Assembly (NCBI GenBank): GCA_020137815.1
Contig: CM035350.1
Location: forward strand, 2,418,001 to 2,482,000
Reading direction: 5' to 3'
DNA: 64,000 nucleotides
DNA from: Hormiphora californensis
Taxonomy: Eukaryota; Animalia; Ctenophora
In this document: positions 30,917-41,307 of the stretch, in pieces
How the letters are laid out: every line of letters starts with the position of its first letter
Numbering within the stretch: the stretch's first letter is position 1
Notes under the pieces: generated by a model
Seen by the model: only the letters and a program-made list of their open reading frames with translations
Database searches by the model: none
Told to the model about the DNA's origin: nothing
Program-made: the position numbers and the translations under genes

Positions 30917-33819
30917 CGCCTTCCGCGGCTAGTGACTGTCGGTGGAAGTTTTCTTTTATCAAGGACTCACTGGAGAATCCGTCAATACCCATCCTTTGCA
31001 CCGGTATTACGGAGACCTGGTGGCATGATGATTTCTCTGATGCCCAATTGGAGATTGAAGGCTTTCACCTAACTCGTTGTGACAGAGCGGGTAGGAGAGG
31101 TGGCGGTTGTGCACTCTACATTAACAATCAACTGACCCCTTCCTCTGAGTTCAGATTCTCAGACACGTCCAATAGTGCGGCTGCTGTATACATCAAGGAG
31201 ACCCACTCGGTTTTCTGTGTTGTGTACAGGGCGCCATTTTCCCCTGCGAATGATCTTTTCGATGATCTATCCCGTTTCATTGATCAGTGCGAACTCGACA
31301 AGGGTTGTCCTGACATCTATGTCATGGGCGACTTCAATATGCCAGACATAGACTGGGGGACACTCACTGGAGGACCTAGCTCACAGATGCTACTAAAATT
31401 TGTGAACTCATATTTTCTCACTCAGCTTGTTGACTCTCCAACACGGGGCTTGAATATTCTAGACCTCGTTCTCACCAACCGGCCAGACTATGTCTTCAAA
31501 ACTGAGGTATCGGAGTCGTGTATTTCTGACCATAATATGATCAGCTCTACACTTGGGTTTGGTATCTTACCCACTCGTCAATCAGACCATCGATTCACGG
31601 ACTTTGATATTTACAACTTTCACGAGGCTAACTTCCCTGAAATGTGTAGGGAGTTGGACCAGATCGACTGGCTAGCACTCGCCGACATCTGCGATGACGG
31701 TGATGGTTCTGATTTCGTTCAACTTTTCACCCTGACTGTTCTACAGGTCTTATCTCACCACTCTCGTAAGAAGAAGGCCCGTAAAAAAAGAAGGGACCCT
31801 ATTCTCAGGAAATTGAAAGTGAAACAGCGGAGTTTGAATAAACGGATTACTCTTGCCCGGCAGAATAAACCTCACCTTTTGCCACAGCTAGAGGTTGGTG
31901 TTTCCAGAATTACTTGGGCCATCTTGTGTCACATTTCTCAGCGACTTGATTCTGATGAAAACGAGGCGTTGATAAAACTCAAAGCTAACCCAAAATTCTT
32001 CTGGTCATACGCCAACCGAAAGAGGAAGACCCGGTCACGTATACCTCCTTTACAGAAAAGTGATGGGTCACTTACGGACGTTCCCGAGATGAAGGCAGAA
32101 CTATTTCAATCACAATTTACCTCTGTTTTCAGCACTCCTTCAAACTCCCCTTCAGCAGCTGCAGACAACATTACTCCTTCTACATGCAGCCTTTCAGACA
32201 TCGTTTTCTCCACCGCTGATATTGAAAAGGCACTACATGACCTCAATCCCTATTCAGCCGGCCCTCCAGGAGATGTACCTGCCAGAATTTTACGTGACTG
32301 CCGATCATCGCTGTCCTACCCCCTATCCATCTTATGGGCCAAATCGTTTGATTCTGGTATTGTACCATCCTGTCTGAAACTTCAGTACATTGCACCCCTC
32401 TACAAAAAGGGTCCTAAAATGAAAGCTGAAAATTACCGCCCGATCTCCCTCACCAGCCACATTGCCAAGACATTTGAACGGGTTGTAAGATCTCAAATGG
32501 TGTCATACTTTGAATCAGAGAACTTGTTTAACGAGTCTCAGCATGGATTTAGAAGCAAGAGGAGCTGCTTATCCCAACTCACTCGTCACATTGACAATAT
32601 TCTGAACAATCTCAACAACCTTCTTGAAGTGGATGTAATATACTTAGACTTCGAGAAGGCTTTTGATAAAGTTGACATCGGTATACTTCTCGAAAAGCTG
32701 CAGAGATATGGAGTTAAGGGCAAACTCCTTGAATGGATCCGCAGCTTCCTACTAGACCGGAAACAAACGGTCTTAGTCGACGGCGTAGCGTCTTCTTTTG
32801 CAGAAGTCAGAAGTGGGGTCCCACAAGGGACTGTTCTCGGTCCACTTTTATTTCTGATTTATGTAATTGACCTGGAATCCGTAATCAAACACGGTTCTTC
32901 TTTGTCGTTCGCTGATGACACTAAAATCTTCTCTGCTATCCGTACTATGGTTGACAAATTGAACCTACAGGAGGATCTGAACAGTGTGATAACCTGGGCT
33001 GACGCTAACAATATGTCCTTGCACCAGTCAAAGTTCGAGGTCATGAATTTCACCCTGAATCACACCAGTTCGCTTAGAGAAGTACCGTTCAGTGCTGAGA
33101 ACTATTCCTATCAACTGTCTGATGGGAGGTTCATCGATCCAACAGACACTGTCCGAGACTTAGGTGTTCTACTCTCGAGTGATGGTCAATGGTCGGCCCA
33201 AATATCTCGAGTTGTTACCACGGCTAGTCGGGTTGCTGGATGGACGTTAAGTGCATTTAGATCCAGAACTCGCCGCACCATGATGACTCTTTACAAGTCA
33301 CTGGTGCGTCCCCATCTTGACTACTGTTGCACACTGTGGTCACCTTCCAAAAATGGGGATATCAGTCGTGTTGAGGATATTCAACGATCGTACACCCGTA
33401 AGATCGTTGGTCTCAAGGGGCTGAACTACTGGCAACGTCTTCAAACCCTGGGACTTTTGTCGCTTCAGCGCCGACGAGAGAGGTACACTATGATTCTTGT
33501 GTGGAAAGTGTACAACAATGAGATACCCAACAGTACTGACATGTGTTTCGTCGACAGTCACCGCTCTGGCCCTAGAGCTGTCGTCCCTCGATACTCGTAC
33601 GAGGCTCAACGATCTATCTTGTCGCTATATGAACAATCATTTGCGGTACTGGGGGCAAAGTTGTGGAACACTTTGCCTCGATCTGTAAAGGAGGCCCCAA
33701 CTCTTTATCAGTTCAAATCTCAGCTAGGTAGTTTCCTCTCTACCATTCCGGATACACCCCCCATCAGCGGTTATCCTGCTCAAGCAAACAGCAACTCAAT
33801 ACTAGAGTGGTGTCCATGA
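30691..33819 (+). CDS. LINE ORF2: APE endonuclease + reverse transcriptase; frame open from 30676 with no ATG before the endonuclease motif
   Basis: The frame upstream of the listed ORF reads ELLLINARSL..GITETWW, followed by GDFN, SDH, NYRPISL, QHGFR, DFEKAFD, GVPQG, FADD. Confidence 0.92.
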   Translation, partial: GFSHGIDGLSEGRDSSRSKDVTELISTVLQGRDDEGTHTPAQTSDTHTTRPEHPDQLPRGSGTVSELLLINARSLTPSAASDCRWKFSFIKDSLENPSIPILCTGITETWWHDDFSDAQLEIEGFHLTRCDRAGRRGGGCALYINNQLTPSSEFRFSDTSNSAAAVYIKETHSVFCVVYRAPFSPANDLFDDLSRFIDQCELDKGCPDIYVMGDFNMPDIDWGTLTGGPSSQMLLKFVNSYFLTQLVDSPTRGLNILDLVLTNRPDYVFKTEVSESCISDHNMISSTLGFGILPTRQSDHRFTDFDIYNFHEANFPEMCRELDQIDWLALADICDDGDGSDFVQLFTLTVLQVLSHHSRKKKARKKRRDPILRKLKVKQRSLNKRITLARQNKPHLLPQLEVGVSRITWAILCHISQRLDSDENEALIKLKANPKFFWSYANRKRKTRSRIPPLQKSDGSLTDVPEMKAELFQSQFTSVFSTPSNSPSAAADNITPSTCSLSDIVFSTADIEKALHDLNPYSAGPPGDVPARILRDCRSSLSYPLSILWAKSFDSGIVPSCLKLQYIAPLYKKGPKMKAENYRPISLTSHIAKTFERVVRSQMVSYFESENLFNESQHGFRSKRSCLSQLTRHIDNILNNLNNLLEVDVIYLDFEKAFDKVDIGILLEKLQRYGVKGKLLEWIRSFLLDRKQTVLVDGVASSFAEVRSGVPQGTVLGPLLFLIYVIDLESVIKHGSSLSFADDTKIFSAIRTMVDKLNLQEDLNSVITWADANNMSLHQSKFEVMNFTLNHTSSLREVPFSAENYSYQLSDGRFIDPTDTVRDLGVLLSSDGQWSAQISRVVTTASRVAGWTLSAFRSRTRRTMMTLYKSLVRPHLDYCCTLWSPSKNGDISRVEDIQRSYTRKIVGLKGLNYWQRLQTLGLLSLQRRRERYTMILVWKVYNNEIPNSTDMCFVDSHRSGPRAVVPRYSYEAQRSILSLYEQSFAVLGAKLWNTLPRSVKEAPTLYQFKSQLGSFLSTIPDTPPISGYPAQANSNSILEWCP

Positions 33820-34072
33820 TGCGTGTTAGTGTGTTATGTGTCGCTGTGCTGTGAGTGTACTGAGTATTGACTCTTTTTAGGAGGTTTATCTTTTTAAATA
33901 TCCTGTGTGTTACGCAAATTTATGAATTTGAATTTGTATTGGATGAATTCATACAGGTTCAAAGTCTCCAGGCAGAAAGTTTTAAAGAATTCTGTCGACA
34001 GAGGGGGCTTATCGTCCCCAAAGGGTTTAGGTAATACCCAGATCGTAACTGCGCCCAATGTGTGTGAAATGT

Positions 34073-34444
34073 GGTAGGCGGTAAATGTTAACCAGATCTG
34101 TGAGAATTTCGCACGTTTTTGCCCATAACTCAGCCATTTCTTGACCAATTTGCAAAATCTTTGGCTCATTGGAAAGAGGACTTTGAGCTCTTTCAAATGA
34201 GCCTAATTAAACTAAAATCGGTGCAAAATGCGCGGCGTGGTGGCGAAAACGCGCATTTTGCGCCATGACGCCGCGCATTTTGCGCCGATTTTAGTTTTAT
34301 TAGGCTCATTTGAAAGACCTAAATGTCCTCTTTCCAACGCGCCCAAGATTTTGCAAATTGGTCAAGAAATGACTGAGTTATGGACAAAAACGTGGTTTTG
34401 CACGTACGTTTTCTCTCAGATCTGGTTAACATTTACCGCCTACC
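34073..34444. mobile_element. Foldback MITE with 9-bp TSD (Mutator- or Merlin-like)
   Basis: TIR ggtaggcggtaaatgttaaccagatctg; almost the whole element is palindromic; TSD gtgaaatgt at 34064-34072 and 34445-34453. Confidence 0.88.
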
Positions 34445-34652
34445 GTGAAATGTACCCCCCCCCCCCCATTGAATCCCCACTGCAGTTGTTTGAAATCCCA
34501 TTCAAACAATGTCATCACTTCATGATGTACCAGTGAAATTCAATTTGAATCGTATTATTTCAGGCAGGGCCATTTATACACAAATAATTTCTCACTTTTT
34601 TAATTTTTCAAGATGCTAATATATTCAATTTCTCAAATCTTCATTCTTCTTC

Positions 34653-35330
34653 TTAATCACTGTCATTACATGCTGCAACGAAACTTTTCCAGTTGGTTGC
34701 CCCTTCACAGGTCTCAGCGGCCTCTTTCACAGCTGGACAGATACAGGCGTCATCACCAGCACAGTTACAGTAGTCCTCCATACAGGCCGCCATGTAACCG
34801 CTGCTCTCGTCCCCTATATCGAGCCCCTCGCACCCAGAGAAGGGAGGGCGCTCCAACACACTGCAGGCTGTTCTGGCATCCTCCTCCAGACCAAGCATCT
34901 CACACATTGTCTCATCCTGTTTCTCTTCAGTAGTTGGGACTTCCTCAGGTGTCGGAGAAGGGGTGGATTCTTCAGTAGGATGGGGGTGTGGGTGGGGATG
35001 TGGGTGAGGATGGGGATGGTGTCCATCATGGTGTCCATCATGGTGTCCATCATGGTGTCCATCATGGTGTCCATGGTCCCAGCCCCCGTGATCACCTTGA
35101 TGTCCATGACCACCGCCTCCGTGGTGGTGTGGGTGCCTTTTATCGACCTGGACGGGGCCACACACGACCAGTGCCACCAATCTGAAATAGATCAACGGGG
35201 CAGGTTAGAGATACTGAGAAAGAGAGATAGCAATAATCAAAGAAGGACGGGTAACGAATGAAAATAATGTTATTGCATTGTAAGCAAGTCCCATCCCAAA
35301 AACTTACGTTAGGCAAACGTAGAACTTCAT
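34653..35330 (-). CDS. Secreted 183-aa His-rich protein with a C-terminal C8 (vWF/mucin-type) domain; exons 35308-35330 and 34653-35181
   Basis: Spliced product MKFYVCLTLVALVVCG|PVQVDKR, then (HHDG)n(HP)n, an acidic linker and ACSVLERPPFSGC..YMAACMEDYCNC..CIC..AAETC..NW. The gtaagt donor and tttcag acceptor are in phase. Confidence 0.82.
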
Positions 35331-35690
35331 TTTAAAAATTTAATAGCAGGAGCGCTGTTTCTCTGTTAAAAAGGGACCTCATTGAGGAATGGCTGCCCCC
35401 GTTCTCGGTGTGTCATTAGTCAGGAGCAATGACTTGTTTAAAATAATTAAAGGCTCCTGAGTCTTGAATCAACCAATGACTTGATAGTAGAGACTCATGA
35501 GTCATTCAATGCCTTAGTTAGTCCTTTCAATCCATTTTAGCTCCCATTCCATCACGTTGAGTTCTTTACTGCAGGACACTGGCGGTGAGGGTGAGAAAGA
35601 TGGAGTACCTATCGTTATTATTGGAGTGAACGAGATCATGAAGTATGAACGGTGTGCTATTTTTTCCAATTCCTAGTTAAATGAGCTCCT

Positions 35691-35842
35691 AAAGTCGGAT
35701 TTTTTGAAGTTGTCACCCCAAAATGACCGCGCATGTGAAATTTATCAATTTTGATGTGCACACCATACGTTAACATGTGATGTGACACACAAAAACATTC
35801 TGCACACGAAAAGGGGGTGACAACTTCAAAAAATCCAACTTT
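35691..35842. mobile_element. Short MITE
   Basis: TIR aaagtcggattttttgaagttgtcacccc / ggggtgacaacttcaaaaaatccaacttt; similar terminus near 51828. Confidence 0.7.
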
Positions 35843-36553
35843 ACGATCATTCTAAAACATTTTATCAAAAAGTTTTGGCTCTACCATGGCCCAATTACGT
35901 TGGCACGAGCTATGCCCATATATGGGCATATTCATTTCAAAAAGTCTGTTTTAGGGCGTTATTTCGAACAAAACACACATATTAATCGACTCATGACAAC
36001 TCCTGCAACTGCTACTTTCAGTTTGAACCTTGAGAACTCCACTTTCTGAAAAAATTACTTTTTTTTCTCTCACTTTTTCTTGACAAGGAGGCATCCAACC
36101 ATAATCAGCAGGATAAACAAAGCCAACGGTCTCACTGTGGTCATGATGAGGTCCCTATTTACAGACACAAACTACAATGATGTGTAATGGAGGGTATAAT
36201 GAATCATTCTCTCATTAACTAATGATATACTCAGCTGAGATGACCCACCGATCTGAGGGATGGCTCTTTAGAGGGCTCCCTATCTGCACATCTTACTGAG
36301 TTCGCTTTAGTAAAATGGAAATTGATACTTGGTTGGGAAGCTTAAGTATTATCAGATGGGGCCTCACAGAGTAGCTATCATTAGTGTGTCCCTATGTGTG
36401 TCTCCCCTCCCCTCTCCGTTAGTGGCCACGTGATGCCCCTGTTGCACTTTAATTTGGCTAATTGGATCTTCGCCAATAAGTCCCTTTCCTTGATACAGAC
36501 TTGCCCGACTCTAAGAGACGGCTTTATGGATCACCTTCATCATTACTTTTATA

Positions 36554-36857
36554 CTAGCGCACCCATTGGGTGCGCCTCAAGTAAGGGCTTTTTGATGACC
36601 CAACCGGCTTCGCCGGGTGGTTCTTTTCGCCCCTTTCAACGTCAATAACACGGTTGTCATGGCAACTGAATTGGTAACTATGGGGACTGGCCTGTTTAAA
36701 GTCATTCGAAATATTAAGAAACTTCCACTGGAACTTCAGAAAGTGTGAATAACAGCTTTACAGCTTTCGTCATATGAAGTGTTTTATGAAGGAGCACTGT
36801 CGCGTAGATACAGCCTAACGAACGACTTCGACTTCGACGTTCATCTCCAAATTATAA
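36554..36857 (-). mobile_element. Non-autonomous Helitron-like element, 5' end damaged
   Basis: Near-identical to 40266-40579; hairpins ccggcttcgccgg and gcgcacccattgggtgcgc next to a CTAG|T end. Confidence 0.7.
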
Positions 36858-37701
36858 GTTGCAGTATTGTGGAGAAGAATTTTAATTTTTTGAGTTTTTT
36901 CTTGGTGGAAAACAAATTCCGGTTATAACCGACTAATTTTGGCCTGCTGAACACGATCCCGCTCATGAAAAAGCTCTCAAAATTGAAGAACATGTCCAAA
37001 ATGAACATTTTTTGCCCAAAATGAACATTTTTAGGTCAAAAATGAACTTTGGCATTATAATCTAATGATACACATCAATTCCTGTCAATTTCGAGGTGCT
37101 GGACACGATCCTGACCATAAAGATTTGATATTAATAACATGCCAAAAACTGGTGAAAACCACACATTTTTTCCTTATTTTGCTATTTTTCGGTAAAAAAG
37201 TAAACTTTTTAAATCGCGATGCCAACGTAACTGACAAACACTATCCCAATTCTGTTTTGCTGATGTGATAGAGAATTGTCCATTATAGTTTCACATTAGC
37301 TAGATACTGAATGGAATGAAATTTGAAATAGCACACCCTAATGAACACACACACTGCCAGACCAATACTCTGACCACGGTTCTCGAGAGAACCATATGAA
37401 AATGCATATGACGGACTGTCCTAGTCAGGCTGCAATGCTCCGACTGAACAGTGAACACAGCTGATTCCTAATTAAAAAACCAACTGGTACTTCCAGGTAC
37501 CCACAGAACTCAGAAGATATCATAATTACGGGACGGGAAAATTAGGTCGGCAAGAGGGAAGAATGATGTTTTATTGTTTATGGCATCTCTGTCGGCTGCC
37601 AGTGTGTTGATCTAAACCTTTTCAAAGAGAAGGTCGAACAATACGAGTGTGGTGAACCAGCTTCTTCTTCTTCTATAACATTCATGCAAGGCGGGTATAT
37701 A

Positions 37702-37872
37702 TAGTCGGACCCCGATTTACCGGGCCCCGATTTACCGGAACCCCGATTTACCGGGAGGATAAACTTCCCCGAATATAGGATTTGAACAGTATTTGACCCC
37801 GATATACCGGGCACCCCGATTTACCGTCAAAACCCTTTCCCCCGAGCATCCCGGTAAATCGGGGTCCGACTG
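37702..37872. mobile_element. Tc1/mariner-type MITE
   Basis: TIR agtcggaccccgatttaccggg, TA flanks, internal cccgatttaccgg repeats. Confidence 0.8.
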
Positions 37873-37944
37873 TAATATTATTGTTGAGTAAGTGTTACTC
37901 AGAAACAAGTTACCCAAGTAAACTGAGGAGGATGTTTCGTCAGT

Positions 37945-38976
37945 ATGCATGTGATGAGTCTCTCTTTGTTGTTATTTTTGACGCTATTACCACCCGTAAG
38001 TTAAAAAAGGAATTTTCGAACTTGATAATTTTCCTTGAGTTGACCTCTAACTTGGGTACATCGCGCAATCCCTTGTACGTAGCACGCTGCCAAACCTCTT
38101 ACTTATTTCAGCAGATTTATTGTGGAGGAGGAACTGTTGAATTTCGATTCAATCGGTTTAACTTTACCGACTGCATATTCGAATGCGATGACGTGGCTTT
38201 CCGCTACTTTGAAATAAAGATTGACGGTAAGGAGGTGACATTTGAGAACTGGATTGCACTAACTGATCACAGTTATAAACAGTGCAGCGTTAATTTAACC
38301 AAGGTCGAATATTTTGAAAACACGCTGAGTTTTCGTTTTGAAGCAGATGCTAACTTCAGTATATCTGCAACAATTGGTGGTATGCATTACGCTGGATCAT
38401 TATTATTCAACGGGTACTTTCACGACAAAACCAGTGACCACGGTTGGTACAACATAGAACTTCAAAGTACTGGATCATCATTAGTATCATGGACACTTTA
38501 CTTTGATTTCCGTATCAGCAGCTGTGATTCACGTTTTACCGGAAACGGTTGTGCAGACTGTGGTGACAATTGGACTGGAACCAACTGTGATTCATGTAGC
38601 AATGGCCTGGGAGGGAGACAACTGTGATTCATGTAGCAATGGCCGGGAGGGAGACAACTGTGATTCATGTAGCAATGGCTGGGAGGGAGACAACTGTGAT
38701 TCATGTAGCAATGGCTGGGAGGGAGACAACTGTGACAACTGTGCTCTAGGATGGTACGGTCCAGATTGTAGCAAGTTTTGTATCTCCAACGAGAACTTCA
38801 CTTGTAACGAACACGGGGAGATGACATGTGCTGAGGGTAGCAAATATTGCAAGACCCTCGAAAATCACGGTTATGTGTATGTTTTGGTTGGAGGTTATGC
38901 TGTGGTGGGAGCTTGTGTTTGGTGTTGCTTTGGTTCTACAGGAAGATGGGGATGCGGAAGAAGATCACTTTACTGA
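37945..38976 (+). CDS. Delta/DSL-like single-pass membrane protein; exons 37945-37995 and 38112-~38976, with apparent indels
   Basis: Signal peptide MHVMSLSLLLFLTLLPP|QIYC; GGTVEFRFNRF..LYFDFRISSC resembles the N-terminal C2/MNNL region; (CDSCSNGWEGDN)x4; DSL-like CALGWYGPDCSKFC..FTCNEHGEMTC; then a hydrophobic segment. C-terminus uncertain. Confidence 0.65.
38583..38740 (+). repeat. Coding 36-bp tandem repeat, about 4 copies
   Basis: Unit aactgtgattcatgtagcaatggctgggagggagac; the first copy has one extra C. Confidence 0.9.
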
Positions 38977-39159
38977 AGGCCCAAATTCAGGAAGCAGCAG
39001 GGGGAGATGTCACCAAGACATAATGAAAGAACTTGAATTCAGTAGTGACGGCACCAAATACCGAGAGTGTGTATGTGGATCCTTCCGAGATACCAGAACC
39101 TCTCTATGCAGACTTCTAAACAGGCAAGCGGAACTCGTCGCTCGATTGGATACTGACTT

Positions 39160-39308
<149 letters not shown>

Positions 39309-40265
39309 ATCTAGATAGAGCGCTATATATATCTATATAGAATATATATCTATATACTCTCTTATCTCTCTTCTATCTATCTCTCTATATCTCTCTCTCT
39401 CTCTCTCTCTCTCGTTTTTCTCTCTCTCTTCGATTCTTCTTTCGCCTTCTTTCTTCCAACGTTCTCCTCTTCTCTCTCTCTCATCTTTTTGTTTACACAA
39501 CGTGATTTTGATGGAACATACCTACTGTTCAATACTGTACAATTACTTTTCTACAATAAGTTCTATAATTTCATCCAAATAGTTTCCACTTTTCCAGAAA
39601 CTAAACGTCCATTAGTCCATACTTCATGGCACCGTGAGATGAAGGATCAATTTCAAGCAACTCATACTGCTAACTTCTTAGTGGTATTTGGCACATTTTG
39701 CCATGTTCAAGTCACAGTGAAGTATCAAGTTTATCTGAGCGCGAACTCCGCACTGTTCAAAGGTAGAATTGTGTGCGCGCCATCAACATGTGAGGGATGC
39801 GCGTGGGAAATGTACTGTGTACTTTCTAGGAATGCATGGTTTACACATATACATTGTACTTCATGTAAAAACGTACTATCCATTGGGTCAGTAGGAAGAA
39901 GGTGTCCGTTTTTCTCATTAGTGTGTCGTAGTATATCATGAGCGCTCATGATACACTCATGAGACAAACGGACACGTTCTTCCTACTTACCTGGGCCGGG
40001 TCCGATGTCTCCTCACTCTGGCCGACCCGATCTGATTCTGAGCGCACTGCACCTGTTGTCGCTGAGAAGCAAAATGGGGTATTGCCCCACCAGAACAGCT
40101 CTGGTACAAGTCACATGTTACAAAATCTTGGTTTGTGGTGTAATAAATGTTTGGCATTTTAAAATATTACAATTGAATCAATGCACTATACACGCGACCA
40201 ACCTCAGAGTCAGTGTGTCTCTCCCCCATGTTAATAACCATTGTTAACTATAGACATATATTTTA

Positions 40266-40579
40266 CTAGCGCACCCATTGGGTGCGCCTCAAGTAAGGGC
40301 TTTTCTATAACCCACCCGGCTTCGCCGGGTGGTTCTTTTGCCCTTTCCTTCAACGTCTATAAAACGGTTGCCATGGCAACTGAATTGGTAACTAGGGGGA
40401 CTGACATGTTAAAAGTCATTCGAAAATATTAACAAACTTCCACTGGAATTTTCCAAAGGTGAATGACAGCTTATACAGCTTTGGTCATATGAAGTGTTTT
40501 ATGAAGGAGCACTGTCGCGTAGAAACGCACTGAACGAACGACTTCGACCACGACGTTCATCTCCAAATTATAATAGAGA
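40266..40579 (-). mobile_element. Complete non-autonomous Helitron-like element
   Basis: Minus strand reads A|TCTCTATTATAA...hairpin...CTAG|T, the canonical Helitron ends at an AT target, with no TSD. Confidence 0.8.
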
Positions 40580-41307
40580 TGGCACGCTTTACTTTTAGCA
40601 ATAGCTAAAGCTTTTGCAAATTGAAATAGTCATGATATTGATAATAATTTTATATTGAAGTATGAATATTAGAATTACGGTTACAACTTGTGTTTCTGGT
40701 ATTAAAAACTTCTACTGATCAGTTTTATAAGGCTAGTCGTCTAAACATGATTGTTATTTTATTTGTTGCCAACACAGTCTGCAGTAGTGGTACTATTTTT
40801 GGCTGTTAGGCCAATTATCTGACAAATTTTTGGGGTATCACAGTATGTCGAAGACCCAAATGATCGGCATTTTTGGTGGACTAGTCAGGGCTTCGTTTCA
40901 GGAAAGCTCACCAAATGTCTCTGAAAGAAAATAGTTATAAAAACAAAACTGTAAACATAACATTGTATTGCACTTTGACATACCATAACCAAGTGCCAGA
41001 TATGATAAATAATGCCAGAAACTGAATCAGAGTGCCGCAATACCTAACAAAGACAAGGGTTTTCACTAACCGATGAGAGTGGCGTGTGTTGTTTACTTGC
41101 TTCCCATCTCCATATCATCAAGATCAGGGTACATCCCGGCCTGAGACCATGGGTAATGAACATCAGTCAGATAGACAGAATTGAGATATAAACGATAAAC
41201 TGTTATACAACGATTATAAAATAGTTTGCCATGCTACGCAGTCTGTCCATTCGGACGCTTACAGACTGGAAATTCATGTCAAATAATAGTCACACAAATC
41301 AGGGCGA

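Larger units (their letters stand above)
29510..33935 (+). mobile_element. Apparently intact CR1/L2-group non-LTR retrotransposon
   Basis: Two long uninterrupted ORFs and a short 3' UTR ending in a tgaatttgaatttg tail near 33935. The 5' end and TSD could not be resolved. Confidence 0.9.

Noticed and set aside
38583-38740. 36-bp repeats as a CRISPR array
   Set aside because: No spacers, in-frame coding repeat, eukaryotic context, no cas genes.
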